A stretch of 64,000 nucleotides of DNA from Phormidesmis sp. RL_2_1 (lineage in GTDB: Bacteria; Cyanobacteriota; Cyanobacteriia; Phormidesmidales; Phormidesmidaceae), in NCBI GenBank assembly GCA_012033015.1, contig JAAUPS010000001.1, positions 3,490 through 67,489 of the forward strand, written 5' to 3'. The position numbers and the translations under genes were made by a program. Shown here piece after piece: positions 49,217 through 59,346 of the stretch (position 1 is its first letter; each line of letters opens with the position of its first letter). The notes below the pieces were generated by a model. The model made no database searches. It was not told where the DNA came from and was given only the letters and a program-made list of their open reading frames with translations.

Positions 49217-50196
49217 ATGAAATCTAAGCAGCTTATTCTGTTAGGGCCGCCCGGTATTGGTGTGAAATCGCAGCGATCGCACTATCGAGGCGTTGGCATG
49301 TTCCTGGTGTGTTTGCGGGGGAGCTTTTGACGGAGGCGATTATCCAAGCTTCTGCGTTGGGAATTAAGGCGCGGGCCTATGTTGAAGAAAAAACGCTGGT
49401 GCCGGATGAGGTGATGATGAAGCTGATGCAAAAGCGTTTTGAGCAGCCTGATGTGATGCTCAAAGGATGGGTTTTGGCAGGTTTTCCACGGACGACGGTG
49501 CAGGCGGAGGCGTTTGATGCGCTGTTAGAAAAGTTTGGCCTGGAGGCTGCGAAGGTGGCCTCGCTTGAGGCGATGACTGGGATTTTGATCAGTCGGCTGG
49601 CCGCTCAAAATCTGGCTGATCAAAACCTGGCTGATCAAAACCTGGCTGACCAAAATAATTTGAGGGTCAGTGTGAGTGAGATTCGTCAGCGGTTGACGTG
49701 TTACCAAGAAGAGATCGCGCCTGTCGTTGAGTACTACCAACAGCAGGATCGTTTAATTAAGGTTAATGGTAATCGGTCGGCGGCTGAGGTGACGAATGAA
49801 CTCTCTCGCATTGAAGAAGAAGAAACCGGTGCGGCGCGCTTTATTCAAGATGAAGCAACGTTAAATTTGCTGCTTGAGCAGGCGTCGGTGGTGGTGGTGG
49901 ATTGTGTTGCGTCTTGGTGTGGCCCTTGTAAGCTGGTCTCACCGTTGATCGATCGGTTGGCGGCTGATGTCGATGAGGCTGTTCAGGAGAGGGGGCAGGG
50001 AGATGGGGGCGATCGCGCGACGGTGGTGAAGCTTGATTTTGATAACAACCGGCAGGTTGCTAAGCGGTTTGGCTTAAAGGGAATGCCGTCGGTGATGTTC
50101 TTTAAAAATGGCGAACTGCAAAAAACGCTAACAGGGGTCAAAACTTATCAGATCTATCGCGATGTGGTGGCAGCGCTGAATCGCAGCGATGATTAA
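49217..50196 (+). CDS. Adenylate-kinase-like domain fused to thioredoxin (frameshift near 49272)
   Basis: LILLGPPGIG, LVPDEV, GWVLAGFPRT..QA; C-terminal WCGPC and FG..GMPSVMFFKNG. Confidence 0.75.
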
Positions 50197-50601
50197 ACTC
50201 ACGATTGACTGGCTGCTTGGACTGGCTTGCTTGCTTGGACTGGCTTGCTTGGACTGACTTGCTTGGACTGGCTGCATTGACTTACCAGCCTTCTATGGCT
50301 TCCGCGCAAAGCCATGGCCGGGTAGATGACCCCTAGATGGGGTGCTTGCAACCCGCAAATCTTTTCTTTCTGATTAGTTGCCTATACCGCAACCAATCAA
50401 TGCCCGAAAACCCTTTCTTTCATTGAATATTGGCCTATGCGATTTATTTAAGGACTAAAAATGGACTAATATTTTCGGGCTTTTTCCAACGACCCGCCCC
50501 CTTCCAAACCTTCAACAAATCCACACAGCATCACCCTTGCGCAAAGAAACGAAAACGGTAAACTAAATGCGACACCTGATCCGCCAGTCCAATTACAACC
50601 C

Positions 50602-51984
50602 ATGCCCAGTTTCGGCTCCATCTTCATCTCCTATCGCCGCAGCGACACCATCGCCGAAACCGGCAGAATCTACGATCGCCTAGTTCGCGAATTTAGCCGC
50701 GAACAGATCTTCAAAGACGTAGACGACATTCCCTTCGGCGTAGACTTTGCCGAGCATTTAGAGCACGCCGTCAGCCAATGCCAAATATTACTCGTCATCA
50801 TCGGCAAAACCTGGATAACCACCACCGAACTAGACGGCACCCGCCGCATCGATAACCCCGACGACTTCGTCCGCATCGAAATAGAAGCCGCCCTCAAACG
50901 CAACATTCCCGTCATCCCACTACTGCTAGAAGGCGTGAGTATGCCCCGGCGCTCTCAGCTACCTGAATCATTACACCTGCTCGCTCGGCGCAACGGCACC
51001 ACCATCGGCCACGACCCCCGCTTTCATACTGATATGGATCGGCTGATTAAAGGCATTCAGCCCCTGATCAACAACGCTAAAGCTGTGCCTCAACCAGTTG
51101 CCCAGCCGCCAGTTGCCCAGCCGCCAGTTGCCCAGCCGCCAGCCCCCACATTTACCTTTGAAGTAGTCAGTATAGATGCCAAAGGCAAAATTCGGCACCG
51201 CGAACAAAAAAGCGCAGAATACCGCAAAGAAGTCTTAGGGCAAGGTATTGAATTAGAGTTAGTTGCCCTCCCCGCTGGCACGTTTCACATGGGCTCAGCC
51301 AGTGGGCAAGGTGACGACGGTGAAAGACCGCAGCATCAGGTGAGCGTGCCGCCATTCTTGATAGGCAAGTACCCTGTTACTCAAGCTCAGTGGCGCGTGG
51401 TGTCTACCTTTGAGAGGGTAGATATTGACCTAACGCCCTATCCCTCTGCGTTTGAGGGTGACAACCGGCCTGTAGAGCAAGTTACTTGGGACGATGCCAT
51501 AGAGTTTTGCAAGCGACTCTCAAAGCAGACTAACCGAACCTATCGACTGCCCAGCGAAGCCGAATGGGAATACGCCTGTCGGGCAGGCACAGCGACGCCC
51601 TTTCACTTTGGCGAAACGCTCACCTCAGAGCTGGCAAATTACGACGCGAACTACACTTACGGGTCTGGCCCAAAAGGCAAATACCGTCAGCACACTACAG
51701 ATGTCGGCAGCTTTCCTGCTAACGCCTTTGGCCTGTATGACATGCATGGCAACCTGTGGGAATGGTGCGAAGATCATTGGCATCCAAATTATGAAGGTGC
51801 GCCGACGGATGGAAGCGCGTGGAAAACCACTGATACCAATGCTTCCAGGCTGCTGCGGGGCGGTTCTTGGAGCAGCAACCCTGACTACTGTCGCTCAGCC
51901 AATCGCGGCAGGGTCGCGCGCGTTAATCGTGGCAACTACATTGGTTTTCGAGTCGTGTGCGCCGCCTCGTGGACTCTTGTGTAG
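50602..51984 (+). CDS. DGR target protein: TIR domain + Pro-rich linker + FGE-sulfatase/C-type-lectin-fold domain
   Basis: IFISYRR..., FVRIEIEAAL (TIR); F.MGS, YPVTQAQW, RLPSEAEWEYACRAG, NAFGLYDMHGNLWEW, RGGSW, GFRVV. Confidence 0.92.
   Translation: MPSFGSIFISYRRSDTIAETGRIYDRLVREFSREQIFKDVDDIPFGVDFAEHLEHAVSQCQILLVIIGKTWITTTELDGTRRIDNPDDFVRIEIEAALKRNIPVIPLLLEGVSMPRRSQLPESLHLLARRNGTTIGHDPRFHTDMDRLIKGIQPLINNAKAVPQPVAQPPVAQPPVAQPPAPTFTFEVVSIDAKGKIRHREQKSAEYRKEVLGQGIELELVALPAGTFHMGSASGQGDDGERPQHQVSVPPFLIGKYPVTQAQWRVVSTFERVDIDLTPYPSAFEGDNRPVEQVTWDDAIEFCKRLSKQTNRTYRLPSEAEWEYACRAGTATPFHFGETLTSELANYDANYTYGSGPKGKYRQHTTDVGSFPANAFGLYDMHGNLWEWCEDHWHPNYEGAPTDGSAWKTTDTNASRLLRGGSWSSNPDYCRSANRGRVARVNRGNYIGFRVVCAASWTLV
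51849..51978 (+). repeat. DGR variable repeat (VR) incl. IMH-like 3' end
   Basis: 130-bp gapless match to 53642-53771 with 13 mismatches, 12 at TR adenines. Confidence 0.95.
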
Positions 51985-52038
51985 CCCTTTGCTCTCTTGC
52001 CCTCTTGCCCTTTGCCCTTCTTTTCTTTACCCTTTTTC

Positions 52039-52053
52039 TCGCGCGTAGCGCGA
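52039..52053 (+). promoter_or_regulatory. DGR target-recognition hairpin candidate
   Basis: TCGCGC-GTA-GCGCGA downstream of VR after a pyrimidine tract. Confidence 0.65.
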
Positions 52054-52088
52054 TCGATTTAAAATAGCTTTTTACCAGGGTTTACCCC

Positions 52089-52457
52089 ATGGCTATTGAA
52101 CTCCCTATCATCCAAAAAACCTACGACCTGATCAAATGGTACATCCCCATTCTTCAGCGTCTCCCTCGCAACCATCGCTTCACCCTAGGAGATCGAATCA
52201 TAACCGGTCTCTACACCCTCCTCGACGCCTTCATCCAAGCCCGCTATCTCCACAATAAGCTCAACCACCTACAAACCATCAACGCCAGCCTCGACATCAT
52301 CCGCTATCAAACCCGCCTCCTGCTTGACTTAGAGCTAATCGAAACCCGTCGCTATGAATACGCCAGCAGCCTAATTAACGACATCGGCATCGATCTTGGC
52401 GGCTGGATAAAACAGCAAAAACGAGCCACCCCCCGTCATACCCCCGTCACGCCATGA
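52089..52457 (+). CDS. avd: DGR accessory variability determinant (bAvd-like four-helix bundle)
   Basis: [34 protein letters not shown]; overlaps RT start (ATGA). Confidence 0.9.
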   Translation: MAIELPIIQKTYDLIKWYIPILQRLPRNHRFTLGDRIITGLYTLLDAFIQARYLHNKLNHLQTINASLDIIRYQTRLLLDLELIETRRYEYASSLINDIGIDLGGWIKQQKRATPRHTPVTP

Positions 52458-53536
52458 AACGCTACGGCAACCTCTGGCCACAAATCATCGACTTTGAAAA
52501 CTTACTGCTCGCCGCCCGCAAAGCCCAGCGCGGCAAACGCTTCCGCGGAAACGTCCTCGCCTTCAACTACAACCGCGAACAAGAACTGCTCCAGCTCCAT
52601 CAAGCACTCAAAGCTCAAACCTATCAACCCGGCAACTACCAAACCTTCCAGGTTTACTCACCCAAACCCCGCCTCATTTCCGCCGCACCCTATCGCGACC
52701 GAGTCGTGCATCACGCCCTCTGCAACATCATCCTGCCAATCTTCGAGCGCAGCTTCATTTTTGACTCCTACGCCAACCGCCTCGGCTTCGGCACCCACCG
52801 CGCCCTCAGACGCTTCACCCACTTCGCCCGCACCAGCCGCTACATCCTACAGTGCGACATTCGCAAATACTTTCCATCCATCGATCTAGCCATCCTCAAA
52901 ACCCTCATCCGCCGAAAAATCAAATGCCCCGACACCCTCTGGCTAATTGACACCATCATTGACAGTAGCAACCCCCAAGAGCCTTCAATCGAATACTTTC
53001 CTGGCGATACCCTACTGACACCACTAGAGCGCCGCAAAGGGCTTCCCATCGGCAACCTCACCAGTCAATTCTTTGCAAATATCTACCTCAACAGCTTCGA
53101 TCACTTTGTCAAAGAAGAATTAAAAGCCTCAAAATATCTTAGGTATGTAGACGACTTCGCCCTTTTCTCCGACGATCTCAGTTACCTCACCGATGCCCGC
53201 CCCGCAATTGAGCAATACCTAGCCACCCTCCGACTCAAAAATCATCCCATCAAAAGCCAACTCTTCGAGACCCGCCATGGCGCAAACTTCGTCGGTTTCC
53301 GCGTTTTGCCCAACCGCATCCGTGTCCGTAACGATAACCTCCGTCGCGCCCGCCATCGCCTCAAACAGTATCAAAAAGCCTACGCCCACAACCGCATCAG
53401 CTTTTTGCGACTCACCCAATCGATCCAAAGCTGGGCCGCCCACCTCAAACACGCCGATAGCGAACATTTACGTCAAGATATTTTTGCACAGCTAGTATTT
53501 GTCAGGCACCAGCCTGCTGCCAATAGCAGACATTAA
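52454..53536 (+). CDS. DGR-type reverse transcriptase
   Basis: [61 protein letters not shown]; no maturase/endonuclease tail. Confidence 0.95.
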   Translation: MKRYGNLWPQIIDFENLLLAARKAQRGKRFRGNVLAFNYNREQELLQLHQALKAQTYQPGNYQTFQVYSPKPRLISAAPYRDRVVHHALCNIILPIFERSFIFDSYANRLGFGTHRALRRFTHFARTSRYILQCDIRKYFPSIDLAILKTLIRRKIKCPDTLWLIDTIIDSSNPQEPSIEYFPGDTLLTPLERRKGLPIGNLTSQFFANIYLNSFDHFVKEELKASKYLRYVDDFALFSDDLSYLTDARPAIEQYLATLRLKNHPIKSQLFETRHGANFVGFRVLPNRIRVRNDNLRRARHRLKQYQKAYAHNRISFLRLTQSIQSWAAHLKHADSEHLRQDIFAQLVFVRHQPAANSRH

Positions 53537-53641
53537 AATTATTTATCCCTACCTGATATGGCAAATTAAGGATGCATTCTGACTTTGTCTTGGTGAGCAT
53601 TCCTTAGTCATGTATCTTATAGTATGGGGCAGGCATTGCTA

Positions 53642-53771
53642 GCTGCTGCGGGGCGGTTCTTGGAACAACAACCCTGACAACTGTCGCTCAGCCAATCGCA
53701 ACAGGAACGCGCGCGATAATCGAAACAACAACATTGGTTTTCGAGTCGTGTGCGCCGCCTCGTGCACTCTT
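53642..53771 (+). repeat. DGR template repeat (TR)
   Basis: Non-coding AAC-rich copy of VR (9 AAC + 2 AAT codons in VR frame). Confidence 0.95.
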
Positions 53772-53940
53772 CTAAGCTATTCATCTTTAGGTGAAAGCTG
53801 GTCAGAACTGACAGGTGTGAATCTGTCAGGCGCACCGTCAGAAGAGTCCAGACCTGCTCCGGCGATACCCATCAGAGGTATCCAAAAATAAAGCCTGTGC
53901 AGATAGCCTGGTAAGCCTCGGCTGAACGGTTAGCTGCACT
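53772..53940 (+). ncRNA. Structured spacer 3' of TR (part of DGR RNA)
   Basis: Stems 53775-53799, CTGACAG/CTGTCAG 53808-53829, GATACC/GGTATC 53864-53882, GTGCAG/CTGCAC 53897-53939. Confidence 0.6.
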
Positions 53941-53992
53941 GCTCTAGGCCCTTATCCAAACCCCTTATCCAAACCCCTTTCCAAACAAGCCA

Positions 53993-55050
53993 TCACCTCT
54001 CAGCAACCGACATCCCATCCCAATCTCCCTCTTGCTCTAAAAAATTCTCCAGCTTAGACAAATAAAGCGCCTGATATGCCTCCAAGCTGTAATCATTAAT
54101 CAAAACCCCAAACTCAAGACGATTGCTTTCAATCATCCCCGTAATCTCATCAAAAACTTTAGGATCATAATGGTATCCGTCATACGTATTATCAGTCCTA
54201 GTCGTAATCGCCGACACAACAGAAAAATCATAGGCCCGATCAAAATACTGAGAAGCCTGATAGACATCTCTGAGCTGACAAACACTCAACCCCTGCGAAT
54301 AACTTGTATTGTACGTATGCCAAGCTGAAAGAGGCGGAACTATTCCCACAAATTCAGCACTCGGAAAAAGCGCCCTAATATCTTTAATCAAAAAACTATT
54401 AGCAACAGCACAAGTATTATCTTCTACTTCTTTGACAAATTTAGGCTTATACTTGGGTGCCTTAGGAGAAATAACCCCATGAAAATGGCGATCGTATAGC
54501 CTGCGATGGTGATAATCCACCAAGGCATCATTAACCTTGGATACTTCAACAGTATCGCTTTGATAGAAATCCACAGCGTATCTAAAGAGAAAAAATAGGG
54601 CCTAAAATCAGTTTCAGGCACCACAACCTCTGCCGCTGGGCTACTGAGTGTGTCGCCAGATACCAGCGCTTGTGCTGCAGGCGTATGAATAATCTCTATA
54701 TAAATCTTATTCGGCCTAAAGCCTCTGCGCTTCACAAACTTGGCATACGCAACAAACTCTTCTAGCTCCCCTTGGCTAAACGAATAATTAAAGCAGCGAT
54801 TAGCCTTAAAAGCAGACTCATTCAACAAAGTCAGCCTTGAAGTTCCAAAAATAAAGCAGTCATAGCTTTCCGGCGAAGCCTGCCGCAGCAAATTTGTTTT
54901 AGCAATCCGCTCATTTGTAGACAGCGTAAAACCTGTGAGCTGATTACCATTGTGTAACCAAAGCGGGTCAACCACAAAGTTAAACAACCCCACAGCCAAC
55001 AGACAGATAAATAGCAGCGTAAAGTACGTCTTTAAGTAAGAGCGAGCCAT
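53993..55050 (-). CDS. MBOAT-associated hypothetical protein (frameshift near 54550)
   Basis: N-terminal TM + NFVVDP, FIFGTSR and YDGYHY motifs resemble an SGNH-like acyltransferase partner. Confidence 0.55.
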
Positions 55051-55187
55051 TGTTACTTGCAGATATTATGGTTACTTTCAGGTGTTATTGCTACTTTCAG
55101 GTATTATTTCACAGCATCCAAACCACTCAACAAAATCAACCGTATCCATATATCCATAGCAACATATCCATAACCGCTCAGCCAAAC

Positions 55188-56785
55188 TCAAAATTCAAAA
55201 TACAAAAACTCGCTAACCCGAGTCAGATGCAAAAATGCCAGCAGAGTTAACAATGCGCTAACCACTGCCCAAGCCTGATTAGGCCGCCACCTAACACGCT
55301 CCCACACGCTCTTAACCCAGCGATCGCGCAGCGACACCGTAGCAGCCTCGCCCACTTCACCACCAGAAGGCACCGCAGCCTCCGCAAACCATTCCTGACT
55401 ATTCGGTACCACCCAAACTATCACCAACAACGCCGCAATAGAAACAAACACATTTCTCGGCAAACATCCATATTGGGCAAAAAACCATTGACCTGCACAT
55501 TCAATGCTCCCACCCCAGGCAATGCTTCAGCCAGTGCCCTATCTATCGAAATACCATTAAATCCAGCCATACCCGATAAAACAGAAACCGCCGTTGGGAT
55601 ACTCTCTGCTCTAAAAAATACCCATCCAATAACAACCGCCACAAAGGTAATACATCTCCCTATCATTCGCGCAAACCAGCTAGATAGCCAGCTTGCGCGC
55701 CGCCGCTGCCGCAAAAACTTACAAAAAGCGTGCCACTGACGGTTAATCACCAGATATAGCCCATGCAAGCCCCCCCAAAACACAAACACCCACCCCGCCC
55801 CATGCCAAAGCCCCCCCAACAACATCGTTATCATCAGGTTCACCCCCCGTTGAAATTCTCCCTTGCGATTGCCACCCAAAGGAATATAGAGATAATCTCT
55901 CAAAAAATTAGAAAGCGTAATATGCCACCGCCGCCAAAAATCTGCAATATCAACAGCCTTATAAGGCGAATTAAAATTGAGCGGCAGCCTAATGCCAAAT
56001 ACCCTAGCAGCCCCAATAGCCATATCCGAATAGCCAGAAAAGTCAAAATATAGCTGCAAGGTATAAGCCAACGCACCAGCCCAAGCTTCCAAAAAAGTCA
56101 AAGGAATATCTTGACCCGCATTAGCAAAAGCCAACGTAGCATAGCCCGCTATTCTGTCTGCAAACACCACTTTTTTGAACAATCCCATCGAAAAAATTGT
56201 GATACCCAAAGCAGCATCATTCGCATTCAAAAAGCTAGCCGATTTATTCGCAAACTGCGGTATGACATCCTCATGCTGAACAATCGGCCCAGCAATCAGT
56301 TGTGGAAAAAAGGTCACAAACAGCGCATAATCCCAAAAGCTATAGGTGTGTGTCTTGCCCTTATAAGCATCAACCAAATAAGCGATTTGCTGAAATGTAA
56401 AAAACGATATTGCCAAAGGCAGAACGATCTCATCTAACACCCACTCTGTATCCAACAAACTGTTGATCGTAGAGACCAAAAAGCCCGCATACTTGAAATA
56501 GCCAATGGCTGCCAAGTTGCAAAAAAGACCAAATACCAGCAAGTATCGTCGCTTTTTAGAAGATAACGCCAAACGAGTTAACCCCGATCCTAGGCTGTAG
56601 TTAAATACAACAGAGCCTAAGATTAAGAGCAAGTAAGGAGGATTCCAGTAGCCATAAAAAAACAAAGACGCTGCCACCAACCATGCAATTGACAGCTTAT
56701 AGCCCCCAGCTTTTCTAATCTCAAAGAAACCCAGCATGGTGATTGGAAAAAATAGAAATAGAAAAGTAACAGAATTAAACAGCAT
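55188..56785 (-). CDS. MBOAT family O-acyltransferase (AlgI/DltB-like; frameshift near 55460)
   Basis: MLFNS..F, LPLAISFFTFQQIAY, FFPQLIAGPI, YFDFSGYSDMA, FWRRWHITLS, GLWHGA, EFLYFEF. Confidence 0.9.
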
Positions 56786-56960
56786 TGACAGTAGATCTAA
56801 CGTACTTTATTAAAAATCAAAGCACTGCCTAGCCCCCTATATTTGGACAGCAGTTTTGAATCAAAGCTATCCAACAAATTTCGATTTTTCAACTCAATCT
56901 CAAAACCACACCCTAAGCAGCCCGACCTCAATCTCAGCGAACCAAACTGACCCATCGCCT

Positions 56961-57209
56961 AGTCTCACAATGAGACTTATTGAGGCCAAAATAAGTCTCA
57001 TTGTGATTCTTTATAGACGCTTTTCTAGACAGGCGCTTTGCTGCTATTAAAAAAATATAAGTCTTATCGTGAGACTATATAAGATTACTTTTGGTCTCAA
57101 AAATAAATCATTGAATCTCAAAAAGAGAGCGTCACCATAAGAGTATTTTCAGACTCGCTTGTACAATTTTTGGACTCAAGGTAACTTGTATAAGTCTTAT
57201 TCTGATATC
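56961..57209. promoter_or_regulatory. Cluster C of phased AGTCTCA-N3-TGAGACT palindromes
   Basis: Sites at 56961 (perfect), 56994, 57060, 57093 (half), 57114, 57193. Confidence 0.65.
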
Positions 57210-57227
57210 ACCCTCAACCACTCAAAT

Positions 57228-57614
57228 ATGGCCAAGCAAAAAGTAGGTTCCGCCGTTGCCGTTTCAGCCGATAGCATCACCATCGACACCGCCGATCAGC
57301 TCATTCCCATCGAATCGGTGCAAAAAATTCTCAACCGCTCCCGTGCCTCCGTTTACCGCTACGCCAACACCGACCCCCAAATTCTCAACCCTCCCTTTGA
57401 CCCAGAGTGCTTAAACCCCGAAATCCGCAATGACAAAGAAGCGCCGCTAATGTTTCATCCCAACGAAGTCGCCCGCTTCGCCCAAGACGTCCTCGGCATC
57501 AAGCAAGTCACCATCGCCATTACCCCACCAGCCGAAACCGAAACCAATCGATTGCTGCAGGCCCTATTGAACGAGCTGCAAGACATTAAAAAACTTCTCG
57601 AAGCACAAAACTAA
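57228..57614 (+). CDS. Small HTH-containing protein (excisionase/AlpA-like HTH, C-terminal coiled coil)
   Basis: IESVQKILNRSRASVYRY HTH-like; LLQALLNELQDIKKLLE coiled coil. Confidence 0.65.
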   Translation: MAKQKVGSAVAVSADSITIDTADQLIPIESVQKILNRSRASVYRYANTDPQILNPPFDPECLNPEIRNDKEAPLMFHPNEVARFAQDVLGIKQVTIAITPPAETETNRLLQALLNELQDIKKLLEAQN

Positions 57615-57862
57615 AGAAAAAATCTAGTTTTTGCCCTATAAAAAAGCCGAAAAAGTGGCCTTTCTCTGTCAAATAACCCGAAAAACTGCTGTTCTCCTAG
57701 CAAAGTAACCGTGATACCGTCTAAGTAATAGGGCTGTTATTTTGGGTGCCAAGCCAGCAGCCTTAGCCCCTGGGGTGAATATCTCAGAGTGAATATCAGT
57801 GAATATCTCAGAGTGAATATCTCAGAGCAAATATCAGTGTAGGCATCAGTGTAAATACGGAT

Positions 57863-57886
57863 AAGTGTGACAATAAAGTCACACTT
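57863..57886. promoter_or_regulatory. Perfect 9-bp inverted repeat, possible TF site
   Basis: AAGTGTGAC-aataaa-GTCACACTT. Confidence 0.4.
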
Positions 57887-58138
57887 GTAAAGTTCATGTG
57901 CCGGATCTCAGCACCCTCGCTAATATGTGAGACATAGGTTTGTAGCCTATACTGAAAAGCTAGCTTCCGCTAACTTCTATCAGTTCCTTTCCCCGGATAC
58001 TGCTCACGAGTAAGGCAATCTTACTGGTAAGGCCATTGTGAAACGTTATCAATTAAGCTGCCACCAGTTTTAACAGTGGCACTTTCCTTGAATACGCTTG
58101 CTATCCGCCGTTGCAGCTATCTTTGTCCTTTATTACAG

Positions 58139-58345
58139 ATGTCTAACGCTTCTTCTCTCCGTATGGAATCTGCGAGTCCCGAGCATCAAAGCGAACAACC
58201 TCCTGGCCATTTTGCAAACCTAATTGGTGTCGTTATTACAATGATGACTATCATTTTGCCCCTGTATGCCGTATCCAATTTCAACACTGCTCAAGCCAGC
58301 ATTCCACAGCAGCCATCCCCCTTATTCATGAGAGCGCAAGAATGA
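58139..58345 (+). CDS. Small hypothetical membrane protein
   Basis: One hydrophobic helix (LIGVVITMMTIILPLYAV). Confidence 0.5.
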   Translation: MSNASSLRMESASPEHQSEQPPGHFANLIGVVITMMTIILPLYAVSNFNTAQASIPQQPSPLFMRAQE

Positions 58346-58427
58346 AAGCGCAAGAATGAGAGCGCAAGAATGAGAGCGTAAGAATAGATACCCAAATCCC
58401 AACCCATTTGACCAATCAAATTTGACT

Positions 58428-58465
58428 AAGGCCCAGCTAGCGCACCCAAATGTTAGCTGGGCCTT
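58428..58465. terminator. Stem-loop
   Basis: AAGGCCCAGCTA...TAGCTGGGCCTT. Confidence 0.45.
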
Positions 58466-58588
58466 GAGCGTATGTAGCGGTTTACAGACGCTATATAGCG
58501 TTTCTTAGATGCATTCAAGGCCCGCTATAAATTAGTCCCCATGCTCCCGTAAAATGCTATTTGGCCAATAAACTTACAGGAGAAACTT

Positions 58589-59098
58589 GTGGATTTGTCC
58601 CGCATTCCCGCTCAGCCCAAACCCGGCATTGTCAACGTACTGGTTGAAATCCCGGCTGGCAGCAAAAATAAATATGAATTTGATAAAGACCTCAACGCCT
58701 TTGCGCTTGATCGCGTGCTGTACTCTTCAGTGCAGTACCCCTACGACTATGGCTTCATTCCGAATACCCTTGCCGATGATGGCGATCCCCTCGATGGCAT
58801 GGTCATGATGGATCAGCCCACTTTCCCTGGCTGCGTGATTCCCGCTCGCCCCATTGGCATGATGGAAATGATTGACGGTGGCGATCGCGACGAAAAAATC
58901 CTTTGCGTCCCTGCCGATGATCCCCGCTACGCCAACATCAAAACCATTGACGATATTGAAGAGCATCGCTTAGCCGAAATTGCCGAATTCTTTAAAACCT
59001 ACAAAAATCTAGAGAAAAAAGAGTGCCAAGTCCTCGGCTGGAAAAACCTTGATCAGGTACAGCCCCTGATTGACGAATGCGTCAAAGCTGCCCAATAA
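58589..59098 (+). CDS. ppa: Inorganic pyrophosphatase
   Basis: [38 protein letters not shown]; AGGAG RBS. Confidence 0.95.
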   Translation: MDLSRIPAQPKPGIVNVLVEIPAGSKNKYEFDKDLNAFALDRVLYSSVQYPYDYGFIPNTLADDGDPLDGMVMMDQPTFPGCVIPARPIGMMEMIDGGDRDEKILCVPADDPRYANIKTIDDIEEHRLAEIAEFFKTYKNLEKKECQVLGWKNLDQVQPLIDECVKAAQ

Positions 59099-59214
59099 AG
59101 AAGCCGATTAAAGCCACATAAAAGGCGATGAAAAGGCGATGAAGAGGCGATGAAGAGGTGCCCAAAGGGGTTCCAAAAGAGGCCAAATTAAAGCGGCCCT
59201 AGCCTAACCACACC

Positions 59215-59250
59215 AAGCCCTGGAGTATCGGGATAAATACTTCAGGGCTT
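59215..59250. terminator. Stem-loop after ppa
   Basis: AAGCCCTGGAGTAT...ATACTTCAGGGCTT. Confidence 0.5.
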
Positions 59251-59346
59251 TAAGCGTCAATCAGCAGCGTAAATCAATGGAAACACTGAGATCTTTGACC
59301 ATTCCCCCTGGGCTCACTGAGTACTACAGACGCTGGTTTTTATTCC

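Larger units (their letters stand above)
50602..53940 (+). mobile_element. Diversity-generating retroelement cassette (target-avd-RT-TR)
   Basis: All canonical components present and uninterrupted. Confidence 0.93.

Noticed and set aside
52454-53536. Group II intron or retron RT
   Set aside because: Short RT with SQ motif, adjacent avd and a TR/VR pair; no maturase or endonuclease tail.
53617-53835. 72-aa minus-strand ORF over TR (and many other short antisense ORFs)
   Set aside because: Shadow ORFs with no recognisable motifs, overlapping better-supported features.
57775-57835. TATCTCA-GAG-TGAATAT repeats as further palindrome sites
   Set aside because: Only a 9/14 match and explained by a local tandem duplication.
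57863-57886. CRP/SYCRP1 site
   Set aside because: TGTGA-N8-TCACA rather than N6; kept only as an unassigned palindrome.
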